A DNA stretch of 64,000 bases from Candidatus Eiseniibacteriota bacterium (GTDB taxonomy: Bacteria; Eisenbacteria; RBG-16-71-46). Both the position numbers and the translations under genes were made by a program. Positions 51,301 to 61,310 of this stretch are shown here, in pieces. The stretch is taken from contig CAVZLN010000004.1 of assembly GCA_963776245.1 (NCBI GenBank), positions 64,001 to 128,000 of the forward strand. Reading direction: 5' to 3'. How positions within the stretch are numbered: position 1 is the stretch's first letter; each line of letters begins with the position of its first letter. Below the pieces are notes generated by a model, which did not search any database, had not been told where the DNA came from, and saw nothing but the letters and a program-made list of their open reading frames with translations.

Positions 51301-52414
51301 GGGCGGGGGGGTGGTGGAGCTGCGGGGCCTGGCGCTCAAGGGCTATCGCTTCGATCTGCGCCTGCGGGACTTCTCGGCGGTGGAGCAGGGACTGTACGCG
51401 GCGGCGTTCGACGGCGACTTCGTGGTGACCAATGGTCCCCGGGTGCACGGTCAGACCCTCCCCCTGGTGGTGGGGGACGTGCGGCTCGACCGGGCCGCGA
51501 TCCTGTTCGACTTCGCCAACCAGAGCGAGATGCAGCGGCTGGCGGCCACGACGCAGCCGCTGTTCTGGGTCTACCGCGTGCGGCTCAACGCCAGCGACAA
51601 CCTGCACTGGCAGCCGCCCAACGGCGACATCGAGTTCAGCGCGGACCTCACCGTGGAGCAATCGACCGATTCGCTGCTGGTGTTCGGCGACATGAGCGCG
51701 CTGCGCGGCAGCTACTGGTTCCTCTCCAACCGTTTCACCATCGATCGGGCCGACCTCACCTTCGACAACGTGAGCGGCGTGGACCCGACGCTCGACGTCG
51801 AAGCCACCACCCGGATCACCGCGGGGCCGGAGCCGGGCCTGGCGGGCGGCAACCTGGAGCGGGCCACCACCCACGTCGTGACGGCGAGCATCGTGGGCCG
51901 CTCGAGCAAGCCCACGATCACGCTGTCGGACGACCTGAGCGCGTGGGACCAGCCGCGTATACTGCGCGAGCTCACCCTCGGCACCGGGGTCGGTCTGACC
52001 GCCCAGCTCAGCGATCCGCTCGACAACTACGTCACGCGCGCGCTCAATCGCACGCTGTCGGCGGAGATGTCGCGCCTGTTCCAGGGCTACGTCAGCGAGT
52101 GGGCGCTCGATCGCGAGCGCGGCGGGCTGTTCACCGGCACTGGGGACCTGGTGGCCACCGTGGGCGTGCCGCTGGGGAAGAACCTGTCGGTGCGTTACCG
52201 GAGCCGATTCGGCCTCCCGGGCAGCGAGTCGCGGCCCCTGACCGGGGCCACGGACGACCTGTTCGATCGGAACGTCGAGGCCGAATACCGGCTCAATCGC
52301 TTCTTCTACGTGACCACCGAGTACATGCTGAGGCGGTTCGGGAACGGGAGCACCACCACCGGGCCCGGCACGCAGGACATCAACGTGAACCTGAAGGCGC
52401 GCTGGGAGTACTGA
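48338..52414 (+). CDS. tamB: TamB/AsmA-like translocation and assembly module protein (DUF490 C-terminus)
   Basis: N-terminal TM anchor, about 1350 aa of beta-rich sequence, 'G....P.L.G', 'GSY.F...F.I..A...F', 'DPTLDV.A', C-terminal 'LKARWEY'. Confidence 0.8.
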   Translation: MTRPPDPHPPAPGEPGPEPHEHHGLAEEIREEIAEVVEHVPRPVRWTVARIVWLVVAGIVLVLGVAVVTGILYVTRRTEWVAQELSLFVNHTLTARSDVTVELKDVRGDPFGDLTLVQPRIRFRDGDLPPLLAADRIVLGYSAWALLTGRERSLEVRVEHPTVRISRGKDGHIRWPRWEAGPRGPAGKPVDVRVMVHGGRVVAPAGLEGVEGVELEVGVRTGKVLRARVSHLSWTHGPFGAVLEALRADAVVDDSVRVTVAELRGPELALSGRAAWARTGTEKTVHLDVTRLRWGLLARVFKNRALEVPGEGALTLDARGDRKWRGDFRSALTWNGLAAAGTGTGTWDGTHLRLEPLDMDSKAGALRGWLTYVKEGWAIGGDVERGDPAQWGAIRIPGWPAGDLNGRFHYAVDTRVKGRASSRLDASLGGSLLAGWRVDSARVGVDFPYRMPVRFTVETQRRGGGFGLVAATTASGWGGTYVVHDLPLEEWPDGRASGLRGMLRQGSGTVRADSLGLFVTGALDGTGTTWLGMQSARWRLDGVDGRLLPTPQLGATAHLRDVMYLGAHFDSAAVAFALGDRMVALNQVRAEAADTVVVADGHARWDRDRWALDLDHAEARSAQFGWKADPPVRLAGDPKGVDFLRLEARDGDARLRIAGRWAAPGGTYDWDFSGTHLQLGRLGLPLEWGLTGSAAVRLEVRGVPGDPRWTLIADASRPGMRGHAADSVHVTLAGGPSRAELRDGRFELGEGRLAGTLKFSGTPAPWPDTLTAAGVTRWLATATRWEGTFHADRLPVERVQAFVPDARGFAGALTGTLEVGGGPSRPELTLDASVREPRWRDFVAEDLHAVAGYRDGRLTVRSLRLSQRTLSSEINGSMPLRLALGRPVEVPEDSMSWRLAMPVGDLGLVPLFVPQVASARGRFDAQASVQGSARHPRLSGFARIRDGAVRLEGREEVLEGLTADLHFSESRINVDSLVARQGARGRVAGGGVVELRGLALKGYRFDLRLRDFSAVEQGLYAAAFDGDFVVTNGPRVHGQTLPLVVGDVRLDRAAILFDFANQSEMQRLAATTQPLFWVYRVRLNASDNLHWQPPNGDIEFSADLTVEQSTDSLLVFGDMSALRGSYWFLSNRFTIDRADLTFDNVSGVDPTLDVEATTRITAGPEPGLAGGNLERATTHVVTASIVGRSSKPTITLSDDLSAWDQPRILRELTLGTGVGLTAQLSDPLDNYVTRALNRTLSAEMSRLFQGYVSEWALDRERGGLFTGTGDLVATVGVPLGKNLSVRYRSRFGLPGSESRPLTGATDDLFDRNVEAEYRLNRFFYVTTEYMLRRFGNGSTTTGPGTQDINVNLKARWEY

Positions 52415-52516
52415 GCCCCGGGGAGGGCCGAACCCTTGCGGGACCTGGCGCGTCTCGAAGGGTGTTATGGTGGAAGTGGTCGGATGGTGACCCCGGGCGG
52501 TCGAAAGGACGAAGGC

Positions 52517-55500
52517 ATGCGGCATCGGAAGGTCATCGTGGCGATGGCCGTCGCGCTGATGGCGGCGGGGCTCCCGCGCGCCGCCGCGGCGCAGTACTTC
52601 GGGCAGAACAAGGTCCAGTACCGCCAGTACGCCTGGCGCTCGCTGAGCTCGGACCACTTCGAGGTCTACTTCTACGCGGGCATCGACAGCCTCGCGATGC
52701 GGGTGCTCGACCTCGCCGAGAAGACGCAGGCGATGCTGGCGGTGGGGATGGGGCACTCCATCGAGCACCGCGTCCCGATCATCCTCTACGGCTCGCACAA
52801 CGACTTCGCGCAGACCAACGTGACCCCCGAGATCATCGACGCCGGCACCGGGGGGTTCACGGAGGCCCTGCGCAACCGGGTCGTGCTCCCGTTCACGGGC
52901 TCGTACGAGGACCTGCGCCACGTGGTGGTGCACGAACTGGTGCACGCCACCATGTTCGACATGCTGTACGGCGGTTCCGCGGCCTCCTTCCTGGCGCGCC
53001 AGAGCCTGTTCTCGGTGCCGCTGTGGTTCGCCGAGGGCATGGCGGAGTACTTCTCCCTCGGCATGGAGTCCAACGCGGAGATGTTCCTGCGGGACGGGAC
53101 GCTCGAGGGCTACCTGCCCCCGCTCGAGTACTCGGGGGGGTACATCGTCTACAAGCAGGGGCAGTCGGCCATCTCGTACCTGGTCGAACGCCATGGGGAG
53201 GAGCGCCTGCGCGACGTGCTCCAGCGCCTGCGCCAGTCGCGGAACTTCGATCGCGCCTTCGCGCGCGCGGTCGGCATGCCGCCCGCGAAGTTCGACGAGG
53301 CGTGGCGCGAGTGGCTCAAGAAGCGGTACTGGCCCACGATCGCGCAGAAGGAGGGCCCCGAGACCTTCGCCCGGCGGCTCACCGACCACCGCCGGGACGA
53401 GAGCAGCCTGAACACCTCGCCCGCGGTGTCTCCCCAGGGCGATCGGATCGTCTATCTCTCCGACCGCCGCCAGTACACCGACGTGTACGTGATGTCGGCC
53501 TTCGACGGCAAGGTGCTGCGCCGGCTGATCCGCGGCGAGCGCAACGAGCAGTTCGAGGGCATCCCGTCGTTCCGCAGCGCGCTCACCTGGTCCCCGGACG
53601 GCGGCCGCGTGGCGCTCACCGCCAAGAGCGCGGGGCGCGACGTGCTCTACATCGTCGACGCCGCGACCGGCCGGGTGGAGCTCCGGCTCACCCTGCCGTG
53701 CGAGGCGCTCTACTACCCGGCGTGGTCGCCGGTATCGGATTCGCTGGTGGTCGTGGGGCTGAAGGACGGACGCTCCGACCTGTGGATGGTCCATGCGCGC
53801 ACCGGCGAGGTCCACCGGCTGACCGACGACACCTGGGACGAGAAGGAGCCGTGCTGGACCCCCGATGGCCGCACCGTGACGTTCGCCTCGGACCGCGCGA
53901 CGCCCGTGGTGCTGCACCCCGGCAGGCTCGAGAAGGGCTTCGGTCACTACGGACTCTATGATCTCGACCTGGCGAGCGGCACGGTGCGGCCACTGCTCGA
54001 CACCTGGGGCGACGACCATTCCCCGGCGTGGTCCCCGGACGGGCGCCGGCTCGCGTTCATCGCCGATCGCGACGGCACGCCGAACATCATGCTGTATTCG
54101 CTGGGCGACTCCACCTTCACCCAGCTCACCGACGTCACCGGCGGGATCTCGAGCCTGTCGTGGTCGCGCCAGAACGACCGGCTGGTGTTCTCGGCCTTCA
54201 ACCGCGGCGGCTTCGACGTGTTCGCGGTCACCGAGCCGGTCTCGCTCGACGCCACGCTCGCGCGCCTGCAGCGCGCGCGACCCCGCTCGGTGGTCAGCCT
54301 GGCCGCCGCGCGCCTCCCCGGGGTGCAGGACGTGATCGTGCCGTCGAACGTCGGCGCGCTCGCGGGCGGGTGGCCGGACAGCGTCAACGTGTCGCGCGAC
54401 TCGTCGGAGGCCGGGCCCGCGCGTGGCGCGCTCGGGCCGCTCGGCGCGCGGCCGGACACCACCGCCCTGCGTCCGCGGCCGGGCGAACCGCCGTCCTGGG
54501 ACGGCGACCGTCCGCGGCACGGTCCGATCGCCGGGCCCCCGCCGGTGCGCGAGGACAGCGCGCTCGCGGTGCCGGCGGTGCCGCGCACGCCGCTGGTCGA
54601 TCGCGGCGGGCCGTTCGCGCTCGCCGACTCGGTGCTGGGCCAGCGGTCCGCGGCCTACCATGTGCGGCTCGCGCCCGACTACGCGGGCGGCGGGTTCTAC
54701 GCGTCGAGCGGCTTCGGCTTCCAGGGCAGCACCCAGCTGCTGTTCAGCGACTTCCTCGGCAACCACAGCCTGTTCGTGGCGACCGACGTTTTCGGCGGTT
54801 CGCTCAGCGAGACCAACGCGTTGGCGATCTACAACTATCTGCCGCGGCGCTGGGACTATGGAGTGGGGCTGTTCCACTTCAAGAACTACTTCTCCTCGCG
54901 GGTCACCTCGTTCGGTGAGTTCCTGGGCGCGCCGCGCCTGTTCTCGGAGCGCACCTTCGGGGCGCTCGCCAACGCGTCCTACCCCTTCGACCGCTTCCGG
55001 CGGCTCGAGCTCGGCTTCACGCAGATGTTCGCGGAGCGCACGTTCTTCGCGACGGATCCCGCCGGCAACCTGTTCGAGACCGGGCAGCAGTTCCGCTCCA
55101 TCAGCTCGCCCTCGCTGTCGCTGGTGGGGGACAACGCGCTGTTCGGGTGGTACGGGCCGGTGAACGGCGGCCGCTACAACCTCACCTACAGCCCTTCGTT
55201 CCCGCTGTTCCACAACGGGCTCGGGTACCAGACGGTGTCGCTCGACGCGCGGCGCTACTGGGACCTGACCCACGGCTACACGTTCGCGATGCGCGGGATC
55301 GCGGGCTGGAGCGGGGGCGCGGATCCGCAGACCTTCCGGGTCGGCGGGGCCACGACGCTGCGGGGCTACCGGGATTTCGACCTGCTCGGCTCGCGGGTCA
55401 CGCTCGCGAACGTCGAGCTGCGGTTCCCGTTCATCCAGCAGCTCGGGCTGGTGGGCCCGCTGGCGCTCGGCTTCTTCAACCTGCGCGGCGTGATGTTCGT

Positions 55501-55714
55501 GGACGGCGGCGTGGTGTGGGACGCGGGGCAGACCCTGCGGCTCTCCGAGCGGGTGGACGGATCGCGCCGCCTGCAGGATCCGAAGCTGGCCTTCGGCACC
55601 GGCGTGCGCACAGCGCTGGGGTGGATCATCCTCAAGCTCGACACGGCGTGGGCCACCGACCTCGTGGACGTCAGCCGGCCGCGCTGGCATTTCAGTCTCG
55701 GCCCGGAGTTCTGA
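52517..55714 (+). CDS. Exported peptidase-MA-like / PD40 beta-propeller / Omp85-barrel fusion protein
   Basis: Signal peptide then QYFGQNKVQY; HELVH + WFAEGMAEY; repeated PAVSPQGDRI, LTWSPDG, PAWSP, PCWTPDG, PAWSPDG; barrel with 'LRGY', 'N.ELRFP', 'GTGVR', 'LKLD.AW', C-terminal 'FSLGPEF'. Confidence 0.85.
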   Translation: MRHRKVIVAMAVALMAAGLPRAAAAQYFGQNKVQYRQYAWRSLSSDHFEVYFYAGIDSLAMRVLDLAEKTQAMLAVGMGHSIEHRVPIILYGSHNDFAQTNVTPEIIDAGTGGFTEALRNRVVLPFTGSYEDLRHVVVHELVHATMFDMLYGGSAASFLARQSLFSVPLWFAEGMAEYFSLGMESNAEMFLRDGTLEGYLPPLEYSGGYIVYKQGQSAISYLVERHGEERLRDVLQRLRQSRNFDRAFARAVGMPPAKFDEAWREWLKKRYWPTIAQKEGPETFARRLTDHRRDESSLNTSPAVSPQGDRIVYLSDRRQYTDVYVMSAFDGKVLRRLIRGERNEQFEGIPSFRSALTWSPDGGRVALTAKSAGRDVLYIVDAATGRVELRLTLPCEALYYPAWSPVSDSLVVVGLKDGRSDLWMVHARTGEVHRLTDDTWDEKEPCWTPDGRTVTFASDRATPVVLHPGRLEKGFGHYGLYDLDLASGTVRPLLDTWGDDHSPAWSPDGRRLAFIADRDGTPNIMLYSLGDSTFTQLTDVTGGISSLSWSRQNDRLVFSAFNRGGFDVFAVTEPVSLDATLARLQRARPRSVVSLAAARLPGVQDVIVPSNVGALAGGWPDSVNVSRDSSEAGPARGALGPLGARPDTTALRPRPGEPPSWDGDRPRHGPIAGPPPVREDSALAVPAVPRTPLVDRGGPFALADSVLGQRSAAYHVRLAPDYAGGGFYASSGFGFQGSTQLLFSDFLGNHSLFVATDVFGGSLSETNALAIYNYLPRRWDYGVGLFHFKNYFSSRVTSFGEFLGAPRLFSERTFGALANASYPFDRFRRLELGFTQMFAERTFFATDPAGNLFETGQQFRSISSPSLSLVGDNALFGWYGPVNGGRYNLTYSPSFPLFHNGLGYQTVSLDARRYWDLTHGYTFAMRGIAGWSGGADPQTFRVGGATTLRGYRDFDLLGSRVTLANVELRFPFIQQLGLVGPLALGFFNLRGVMFVDGGVVWDAGQTLRLSERVDGSRRLQDPKLAFGTGVRTALGWIILKLDTAWATDLVDVSRPRWHFSLGPEF

Positions 55715-55778
55715 GCGCCGCGGGCGATCCGGTGCGCGCGGACGCCGGCCGGCGCGACCGGGCGTGACCGCGCGGCGG

Positions 55779-55808
55779 TGGACGCTCGCGCGCGCTTTCC
55801 GCTAGATT
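55779..55808 (+). promoter_or_regulatory. Putative promoter of pcrA-gatCAB
   Basis: TGGACG-N18-TAGATT. Confidence 0.45.
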
Positions 55809-55852
55809 GCGGAACTCCGCATCGCGACCGAACCCGCACCGAGGATGGCGCC

Positions 55853-58096
55853 CTGGACACCACCCCGCAGTTGAACCCGGCCCAGCGCGCGGCGGTCGAG
55901 CACCCCGGCGGTCCGCTGCTGGTGGTGGCGGGCGCCGGCAGCGGCAAGACGCGGGTGCTCACCGCTCGCGTCGCCCGGTTGCTCGAGCTCGGGGTGCGTC
56001 CCGAGGCGGTCCTCGCCTTCACGTTCACCAACCGCGCCGCGCGCGAGATGCGCGAGCGCATCGCGGGCGCGGTGGGCGAGGCGGCGGGCCGGGTGTGGGT
56101 CGGCACCTTCCACGCCACCGCGGTGCGCCTCCTGCGGCGCGATGGGTCCGCGCTGGGACTGGCCCGCGACTTCTCGATCTACGATCGCGAGGATCAGGAG
56201 AGCACGCTGCGCGAGGTGCTCAAGCGGCTGGGCCTGTCCGAGACCGCGTACCGCCCGTCCCAGGTGCTGGGGCGGATCTCGGACGCGAAGAACGCGTGGA
56301 TCACGCCGGAGGCCGCCGCGGCCGCCGCGATGACGCCCTACGAGAAGCAGATCGCGGTGGCGTACCGGACCTACCAGGACGCGCTGCGCGCCCGTCAGGC
56401 GCTCGACTTCGACGATCTCATCGCCGAATCGGTGCGGCTGATGCGGGACCATCCCGAGGTGGGCGCGCGCTGGGCGCGGCGCTTCGAGCACGTGCTGGTG
56501 GACGAGTACCAGGACACCAACCACGCGCAGTTCCTCCTCGTCGAGGCGCTCTCGGCGCGGCATCGGAACCTGTTCGTGGTCGGCGACGACGACCAGTCCA
56601 TCTACGGCTGGCGCGGCGCCGACCTGTCGAACGTGCTGGACTTCGAGCAGGCGTTCCCGGGGGCGACGGTGCTGCGGCTGGAGCAGAACTACCGCTCGAG
56701 CGGGCGCATCCTGCGCGCGGCGAACGCTGTCATCGAGCACAACCGCGACCGCAAGGGCAAGACGCTGTGGTGCGAGCGCGGTCCGGGCGCGATGCTGCGG
56801 TTCGTGCTGGCGGGCGACGAGGTGGACGAGGCGCGCCGGGTGCGCGCGTTTCTCGAGGACCAGCGGCGGCAGGGCCGCAGGCTGGCAGACTGCGCGGTGC
56901 TCTACCGGACCAATGCGCAGTCGCGCGCGCTCGAGACCGAGCTGCGCCACCATCTCATCGCGTACCAGATCGTCGGCGGCGTGGCGTTCTATCAGCGCCG
57001 CGAGGTCAAGGACCTGATCGCGTATCTGCGGCTGGCGGTGAACCCGGCCGACACGGTGTCGTTCTGGCGGGTGTGGAACACGCCGCGGCGCGGGCTCGGC
57101 GACGCGGTGCGCGCGCGGGTCGAGGAGCGCCTGCGGGCGGGCGGCACGGCCGTGGAGGCGCTGCGCGCGGTGGCGGCGGAGGGCGCGCTGACGCGCGCCG
57201 CCCGGGCGGGGGCGGACGCGCTGCTCGGGACGCTGGACGAGCTCGCGGGGCGCCGTGAGGAGCCGACGGACGCGCTGCTGGTCGCGCTGCTCGAGCGCAC
57301 GCAGTACCTCGCGCACCTGGCCGGCGAGGGCGGCGACGGCGTGGACGAGCGGCGCGCGAACGTCGAGGAACTGGTGGCCGCCGGCGCGGCGTTCCACGAG
57401 CAGGCCGGCGGCGGATTGGCGGAGTTCCTCGCCGAGACCGCGCTGGTCACCGACGCCGACCGGCTGGAGGAGGACGCGGACCGCGTGCTCCTGCTGACCG
57501 CGCATAACGCCAAGGGGCTGGAGTTCCCGGTGGTCGTGGTGGCGGGCCTCGAGGAGGGCTTGCTGCCGCACGCCTCCGCGCTCGATGACCGTGCCGAGCT
57601 CGAGGAGGAGCGCCGGCTGTTCTACGTCGCGCTCACGCGCGCCCGGGACGAGGTGCTCCTGACGGCGGCGGCGTTCCGCCGCCGCTTCGACGGCGCCGGC
57701 GGTGGCGCGGTGTCGCGCTTCGTCGACGAGATCCCGTCCGAGGTGCTGGAGCGCGAGGAGCCCGCGGCGAACGGCTGGGCGGGCGATCGCGAGCGATGGG
57801 GCGGCCGTCCGGGGGGCGTGGGGGGGCTGCGGGCCGGGAGCGGCCGGCTCGATACGTCGGAAGCGGGCGAGGACGTGCCCGTCGGGCGAGTGTCCGAAGC
57901 GCGGATGATGGGCGGCGGCCGTCGTCACCGGGCGGTGGGCCGCGAGGTGTTCCACGAGTCGTTCGGGCGCGGCGTGGTGCTCGAGGCGGAGCCGTTGGGA
58001 GGGGACGTGAAGTACACGGTGCGCTTCGGTACCTTGGTCAAGAAGGTGCTGGGGCGGTTCCTCTCGGGAGGGAGCGATGGCGATCACGCGCTCTGA
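55853..58096 (+). CDS. pcrA: ATP-dependent DNA helicase PcrA/UvrD (start CTG 55853 or TTG 55871)
   Basis: LNPAQRAAV, AGAGSGKTRVL, FTNRAA.EM, DEYQDTN, VGDDDQSIYGWRGA, LEQNYRS, H.AKGLEF, EEERRLFYVALTRA. Confidence 0.95.
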   Translation: MDTTPQLNPAQRAAVEHPGGPLLVVAGAGSGKTRVLTARVARLLELGVRPEAVLAFTFTNRAAREMRERIAGAVGEAAGRVWVGTFHATAVRLLRRDGSALGLARDFSIYDREDQESTLREVLKRLGLSETAYRPSQVLGRISDAKNAWITPEAAAAAAMTPYEKQIAVAYRTYQDALRARQALDFDDLIAESVRLMRDHPEVGARWARRFEHVLVDEYQDTNHAQFLLVEALSARHRNLFVVGDDDQSIYGWRGADLSNVLDFEQAFPGATVLRLEQNYRSSGRILRAANAVIEHNRDRKGKTLWCERGPGAMLRFVLAGDEVDEARRVRAFLEDQRRQGRRLADCAVLYRTNAQSRALETELRHHLIAYQIVGGVAFYQRREVKDLIAYLRLAVNPADTVSFWRVWNTPRRGLGDAVRARVEERLRAGGTAVEALRAVAAEGALTRAARAGADALLGTLDELAGRREEPTDALLVALLERTQYLAHLAGEGGDGVDERRANVEELVAAGAAFHEQAGGGLAEFLAETALVTDADRLEEDADRVLLLTAHNAKGLEFPVVVVAGLEEGLLPHASALDDRAELEEERRLFYVALTRARDEVLLTAAAFRRRFDGAGGGAVSRFVDEIPSEVLEREEPAANGWAGDRERWGGRPGGVGGLRAGSGRLDTSEAGEDVPVGRVSEARMMGGGRRHRAVGREVFHESFGRGVVLEAEPLGGDVKYTVRFGTLVKKVLGRFLSGGSDGDHAL

Positions 58097-58376
58097 GGTC
58101 GAGCGCATCGCGGAGCTGGCACGGCTCGAGGTCCCCGAGTCGCGCATGGAGCGCATGACGGCCGAACTGGGGCGGGTGCTCGGGTTCGTCGAGACGCTCC
58201 GCGGCCTGGACCTGTCGGACTGCGAGCCGGTGGCGCTCGCGCCCGCCACGGCGCCGCTGCGGGAGGACGTGCCGGGCACGCGGCGCCTCGCGACCGCGGA
58301 CGCGCTGGCGATGGCGCCGGCGCACGAGGACGGCTTCTTCCTGGTGCCCCCCATCGTGGAGCACGTGGAGCCATGA
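58077..58376 (+). CDS. gatC: Asp/Glu-tRNA amidotransferase subunit C
   Basis: ITRSEVERIAELARL, LRED, AP..EDGFFLVP. Confidence 0.92.
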   Translation: MAITRSEVERIAELARLEVPESRMERMTAELGRVLGFVETLRGLDLSDCEPVALAPATAPLREDVPGTRRLATADALAMAPAHEDGFFLVPPIVEHVEP

Positions 58377-58398
58377 ATCCGCGGCAGGTCCGGCGGCG

Positions 58399-59871
58399 AT
58401 GACGTCCGATCTCTGGCGCCTTTCCGCGTCGGCGCTCGCGGCGCGGGTGCGGAGCGGGGCGACCTCGGCCGTGGACGCGGTCGAGAGCGGGTGGGGCGCG
58501 CCCGCGGGCGCCTGGGAGGACGACGTGCGCGCGGTCTGCCACGCCGATCCCGCGCTGCGACGTGCCGCCGCGGCGGCCGCGCCCGAAGGGCCGCTGCGCG
58601 GCGTGCCGGTGCTGGTGAAGGACAATCTCTGCACCGTCGACCTGCCCACCACGTGCGCCTCGCGCATCCTCGCCGGCTACCGGCCGCCGTACGACGCGAC
58701 CGTGATCCGCCGGCTGCGCGGGGCGGGGGCGGTGGTGACGGGCAAGGGGAACATGGACGAGTTCGGGATGGGCTCGTCCACCGAGTACTCGTGCTATGGA
58801 CCGACCCGCAATCCGTACGATCTCTCGCGCGTGCCGGGCGGGTCGAGCGGTGGCCCCGCCGCGGCGGTGGCGTACGGTCTCTGCCCGCTCGCGCTCGGCT
58901 CCGACACCGGCGGATCGGTGCGCCAGCCGGCGGCGTTCTGCGGGGTGTACGGGCTCAAGCCCACCTACGGCCGGCTGTCGCGGTACGGGCTGGTGGCGTT
59001 CGGCTCGTCGCTCGACCAGGTCGGCATCTTCGCGCGCCACGCGGGCGACGTGGCCCTCGCCTACGGCGTGCTCGCGGGCCCCGATCCGTACGACGCCACG
59101 CTGCGCCCCGGCGACGCGCCGGACGTCTCGGGTTGGGACGCGGGAGTGAAGGGGGCGCGCTTCGGGTGGCCGGCCAACCTGTGGAAGGAGGGCGTGGACG
59201 CCGAGGTGGTGGAGGGGCTCGAGCAGGCGGCCGCGTGGCTCGAGCGCGCGGGCGCCACACGCGTGCCGATGGAGTTCCTGCCCGGCGAATACGCGGTCGC
59301 CGCGTACTACCTGGTCGCGACCGCCGAGGCCAGCACCAACCTGGCGCGCTTCGATGGCGTGCGCTTCGGCCACCGGGACCCCGACGCCACCGACGTGGGC
59401 GCCCTCTACACGCGCACCCGCAGCGCCGGGTTCGGCATCGAGGTGCAGCGCCGCATCCTGCTCGGGACGTTCGCCCTCGCGGCGGGCTATCACGACGCGT
59501 ACTACCTCACCGCGCTGCGCGCGCGCGCCCGGGTCCGGCGCGAGTACCAGAGGGCGTTCGCGCGCTGCGACCTGATGCTGATGCCGGCGGCGCCGACCCT
59601 GCCGTTCCGGCTCGGCGAGAAGAGCGAGGACCCGCTCGCGATGTACCTGTCGGACATCTTCACCATCGGCGCCAATCTGGCCGGCATCCCGGGCCTGACC
59701 GTGCCGGTGCCGCCGGCCGCGAACGGCCTGCCGCGCGGCGTCCAGCTGCTCGGTCCGGAGGACGCGGAGCCCACCCTGCTGCGCGCCGGCCGCGCCATCG
59801 AGGCGCGGGGCGACGCGGCCCGGCTGGGGCGCGCCCACGTCGCGGAGTTCGCATGGCCCATGAAGCGGTGA
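58399..59871 (+). CDS. gatA: Asp/Glu-tRNA amidotransferase subunit A
   Basis: [62 protein letters not shown]. Confidence 0.96.
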   Translation: MTSDLWRLSASALAARVRSGATSAVDAVESGWGAPAGAWEDDVRAVCHADPALRRAAAAAAPEGPLRGVPVLVKDNLCTVDLPTTCASRILAGYRPPYDATVIRRLRGAGAVVTGKGNMDEFGMGSSTEYSCYGPTRNPYDLSRVPGGSSGGPAAAVAYGLCPLALGSDTGGSVRQPAAFCGVYGLKPTYGRLSRYGLVAFGSSLDQVGIFARHAGDVALAYGVLAGPDPYDATLRPGDAPDVSGWDAGVKGARFGWPANLWKEGVDAEVVEGLEQAAAWLERAGATRVPMEFLPGEYAVAAYYLVATAEASTNLARFDGVRFGHRDPDATDVGALYTRTRSAGFGIEVQRRILLGTFALAAGYHDAYYLTALRARARVRREYQRAFARCDLMLMPAAPTLPFRLGEKSEDPLAMYLSDIFTIGANLAGIPGLTVPVPPAANGLPRGVQLLGPEDAEPTLLRAGRAIEARGDAARLGRAHVAEFAWPMKR

Positions 59872-61310
59872 TCGGGCTGGAGTGCCACATCCAGCTGGCC
59901 ACCCGCGTGAAGATGTTCTGCGAGTGCCCGGCGGAGTTCGGCGCGGCGCCGAACTCGAACGTGTGCCCGGTCTGCCTCGGCCTGCCGGGCGCGCTCCCGC
60001 GGGCCAACCGCGCGGCGGTGGACGCGGCGCTGCGGCTGGGGGCCGCGGCGGGGTGCGCGATCCGCGCGGAGAGCGTGTTCGCGCGCAAGAACTACTTCTA
60101 TCCCGACATGCCCAAGAACTTCCAGATCACCCAGTACGACCTCCCCCTGTGCGAGGGCGGCGCGCTCCCGGTGACGGTGCACGGCGCGCGCCGGGAGTTC
60201 GCGCTGACGCGCATCCATCTCGAGGAGGACACCGGGAAGTCGTTCCATCCGGAGCGCCGCGGCGACCGCCGCATCTCGCGCGTGGACTTCAATCGCGCGG
60301 GCGTCCCGCTGCTCGAGCTGGTGACCGAGCCGGTGTTCGGCGCCCCGGCCGAATGCGCGGCGTTCCTCACCGCGCTGCGGCGGCTGGTGCGCTGGCTGGG
60401 GATCTCCGAGGGCGACATGGAGAAGGGCCATCTGCGTTGCGACGCCAACGTCAGCCTGCGCCCGGCCGGCGGCGCGGGGCTCGGCACCAAGACCGAGCTC
60501 AAGAACCTGAACTCGATCAAGGGGGTCGAGAAGGGGATCACGGCGGAGATCGCGCGCCAGCGGCGGGTGCTCGAGGCGGGCGGCCGGGTGGAGCAGGCCA
60601 CGCTGCTCTACGACGCGGACCACGACCAGCTCGCGGTGATGCGCTCGAAGGAGCACGCCCACGACTATCGTTATCTGCCGGAGCCCGACCTGCCGGTGCT
60701 CCGGGTGGATGCGGCGTGGGTGGCGGACGCGCGCGCGCGCCTGCCCGAGCTGCCGTGGGAGCGCGAGGCGCGGATGGTGTCGGCGCTCGGGCTGCCGGCC
60801 GCCGCCGCCGCGGTGCTGACCGAGCAGCGGGAACTGGCGGACTACTTCGAGGCCTGTGCCGCCGGCGGCGACGCCCGGCTGGCGGGCAACTGGGTGATGA
60901 CCGAGGTGCTGCGCGCGCTCCGCGAGCGCGGCGGGTCGATGGCGGACTGGAGCGCGCAGGTGCCGGCGGACCGGCTGCGCGGCTTCCTCGCGAAGGTGGC
61001 GGGAGGGGAGCTCCCGGGCCCGCTGGCCAAGCAGGTGTTCGGCTGGATGTGCGAGGAGCCCGGCGCGGTCGAGGAGTTGCTCGCCGCGCACGGGGTGCGC
61101 GTGCAGGGCACGAGCGACGAGCTGCTGCCGCTGGTGCGCGCGGTGCTGGACGAGCACCCGGGGGCGGTGGCGGAGTACCGCGCCGGCCGGGCGGCGACCT
61201 TCGGGTTCCTGGTCGGCCAGGTGATGAAGAAGAGCGCGGGGCAGGCGGTGCCTCAGACGGTGCATGCGCTGCTGCGGGACGAACTGGCGCGCCGTGCGCC
61301 GCCGGCGTGA
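59853..61310 (+). CDS. gatB: Asp/Glu-tRNA amidotransferase subunit B
   Basis: VIGLECH.QL, CP.CLGLPG.LP, RKNYFYPD.PK..QITQ, IHLEED.GK, RCDANVS, DYRY.PEPDL, VGQVMK. Confidence 0.97.
   Translation: MAHEAVIGLECHIQLATRVKMFCECPAEFGAAPNSNVCPVCLGLPGALPRANRAAVDAALRLGAAAGCAIRAESVFARKNYFYPDMPKNFQITQYDLPLCEGGALPVTVHGARREFALTRIHLEEDTGKSFHPERRGDRRISRVDFNRAGVPLLELVTEPVFGAPAECAAFLTALRRLVRWLGISEGDMEKGHLRCDANVSLRPAGGAGLGTKTELKNLNSIKGVEKGITAEIARQRRVLEAGGRVEQATLLYDADHDQLAVMRSKEHAHDYRYLPEPDLPVLRVDAAWVADARARLPELPWEREARMVSALGLPAAAAAVLTEQRELADYFEACAAGGDARLAGNWVMTEVLRALRERGGSMADWSAQVPADRLRGFLAKVAGGELPGPLAKQVFGWMCEEPGAVEELLAAHGVRVQGTSDELLPLVRAVLDEHPGAVAEYRAGRAATFGFLVGQVMKKSAGQAVPQTVHALLRDELARRAPPA

Noticed and set aside
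47417..55690. 2757-aa ORF on the minus strand, plus many other long antisense and alternate-frame ORFs
   Set aside because: Shadow frames of well-supported plus-strand genes. Extreme GC3 bias removes stops, and the translations are low-complexity Arg/Ala/Pro or antisense-pattern sequence without domains.
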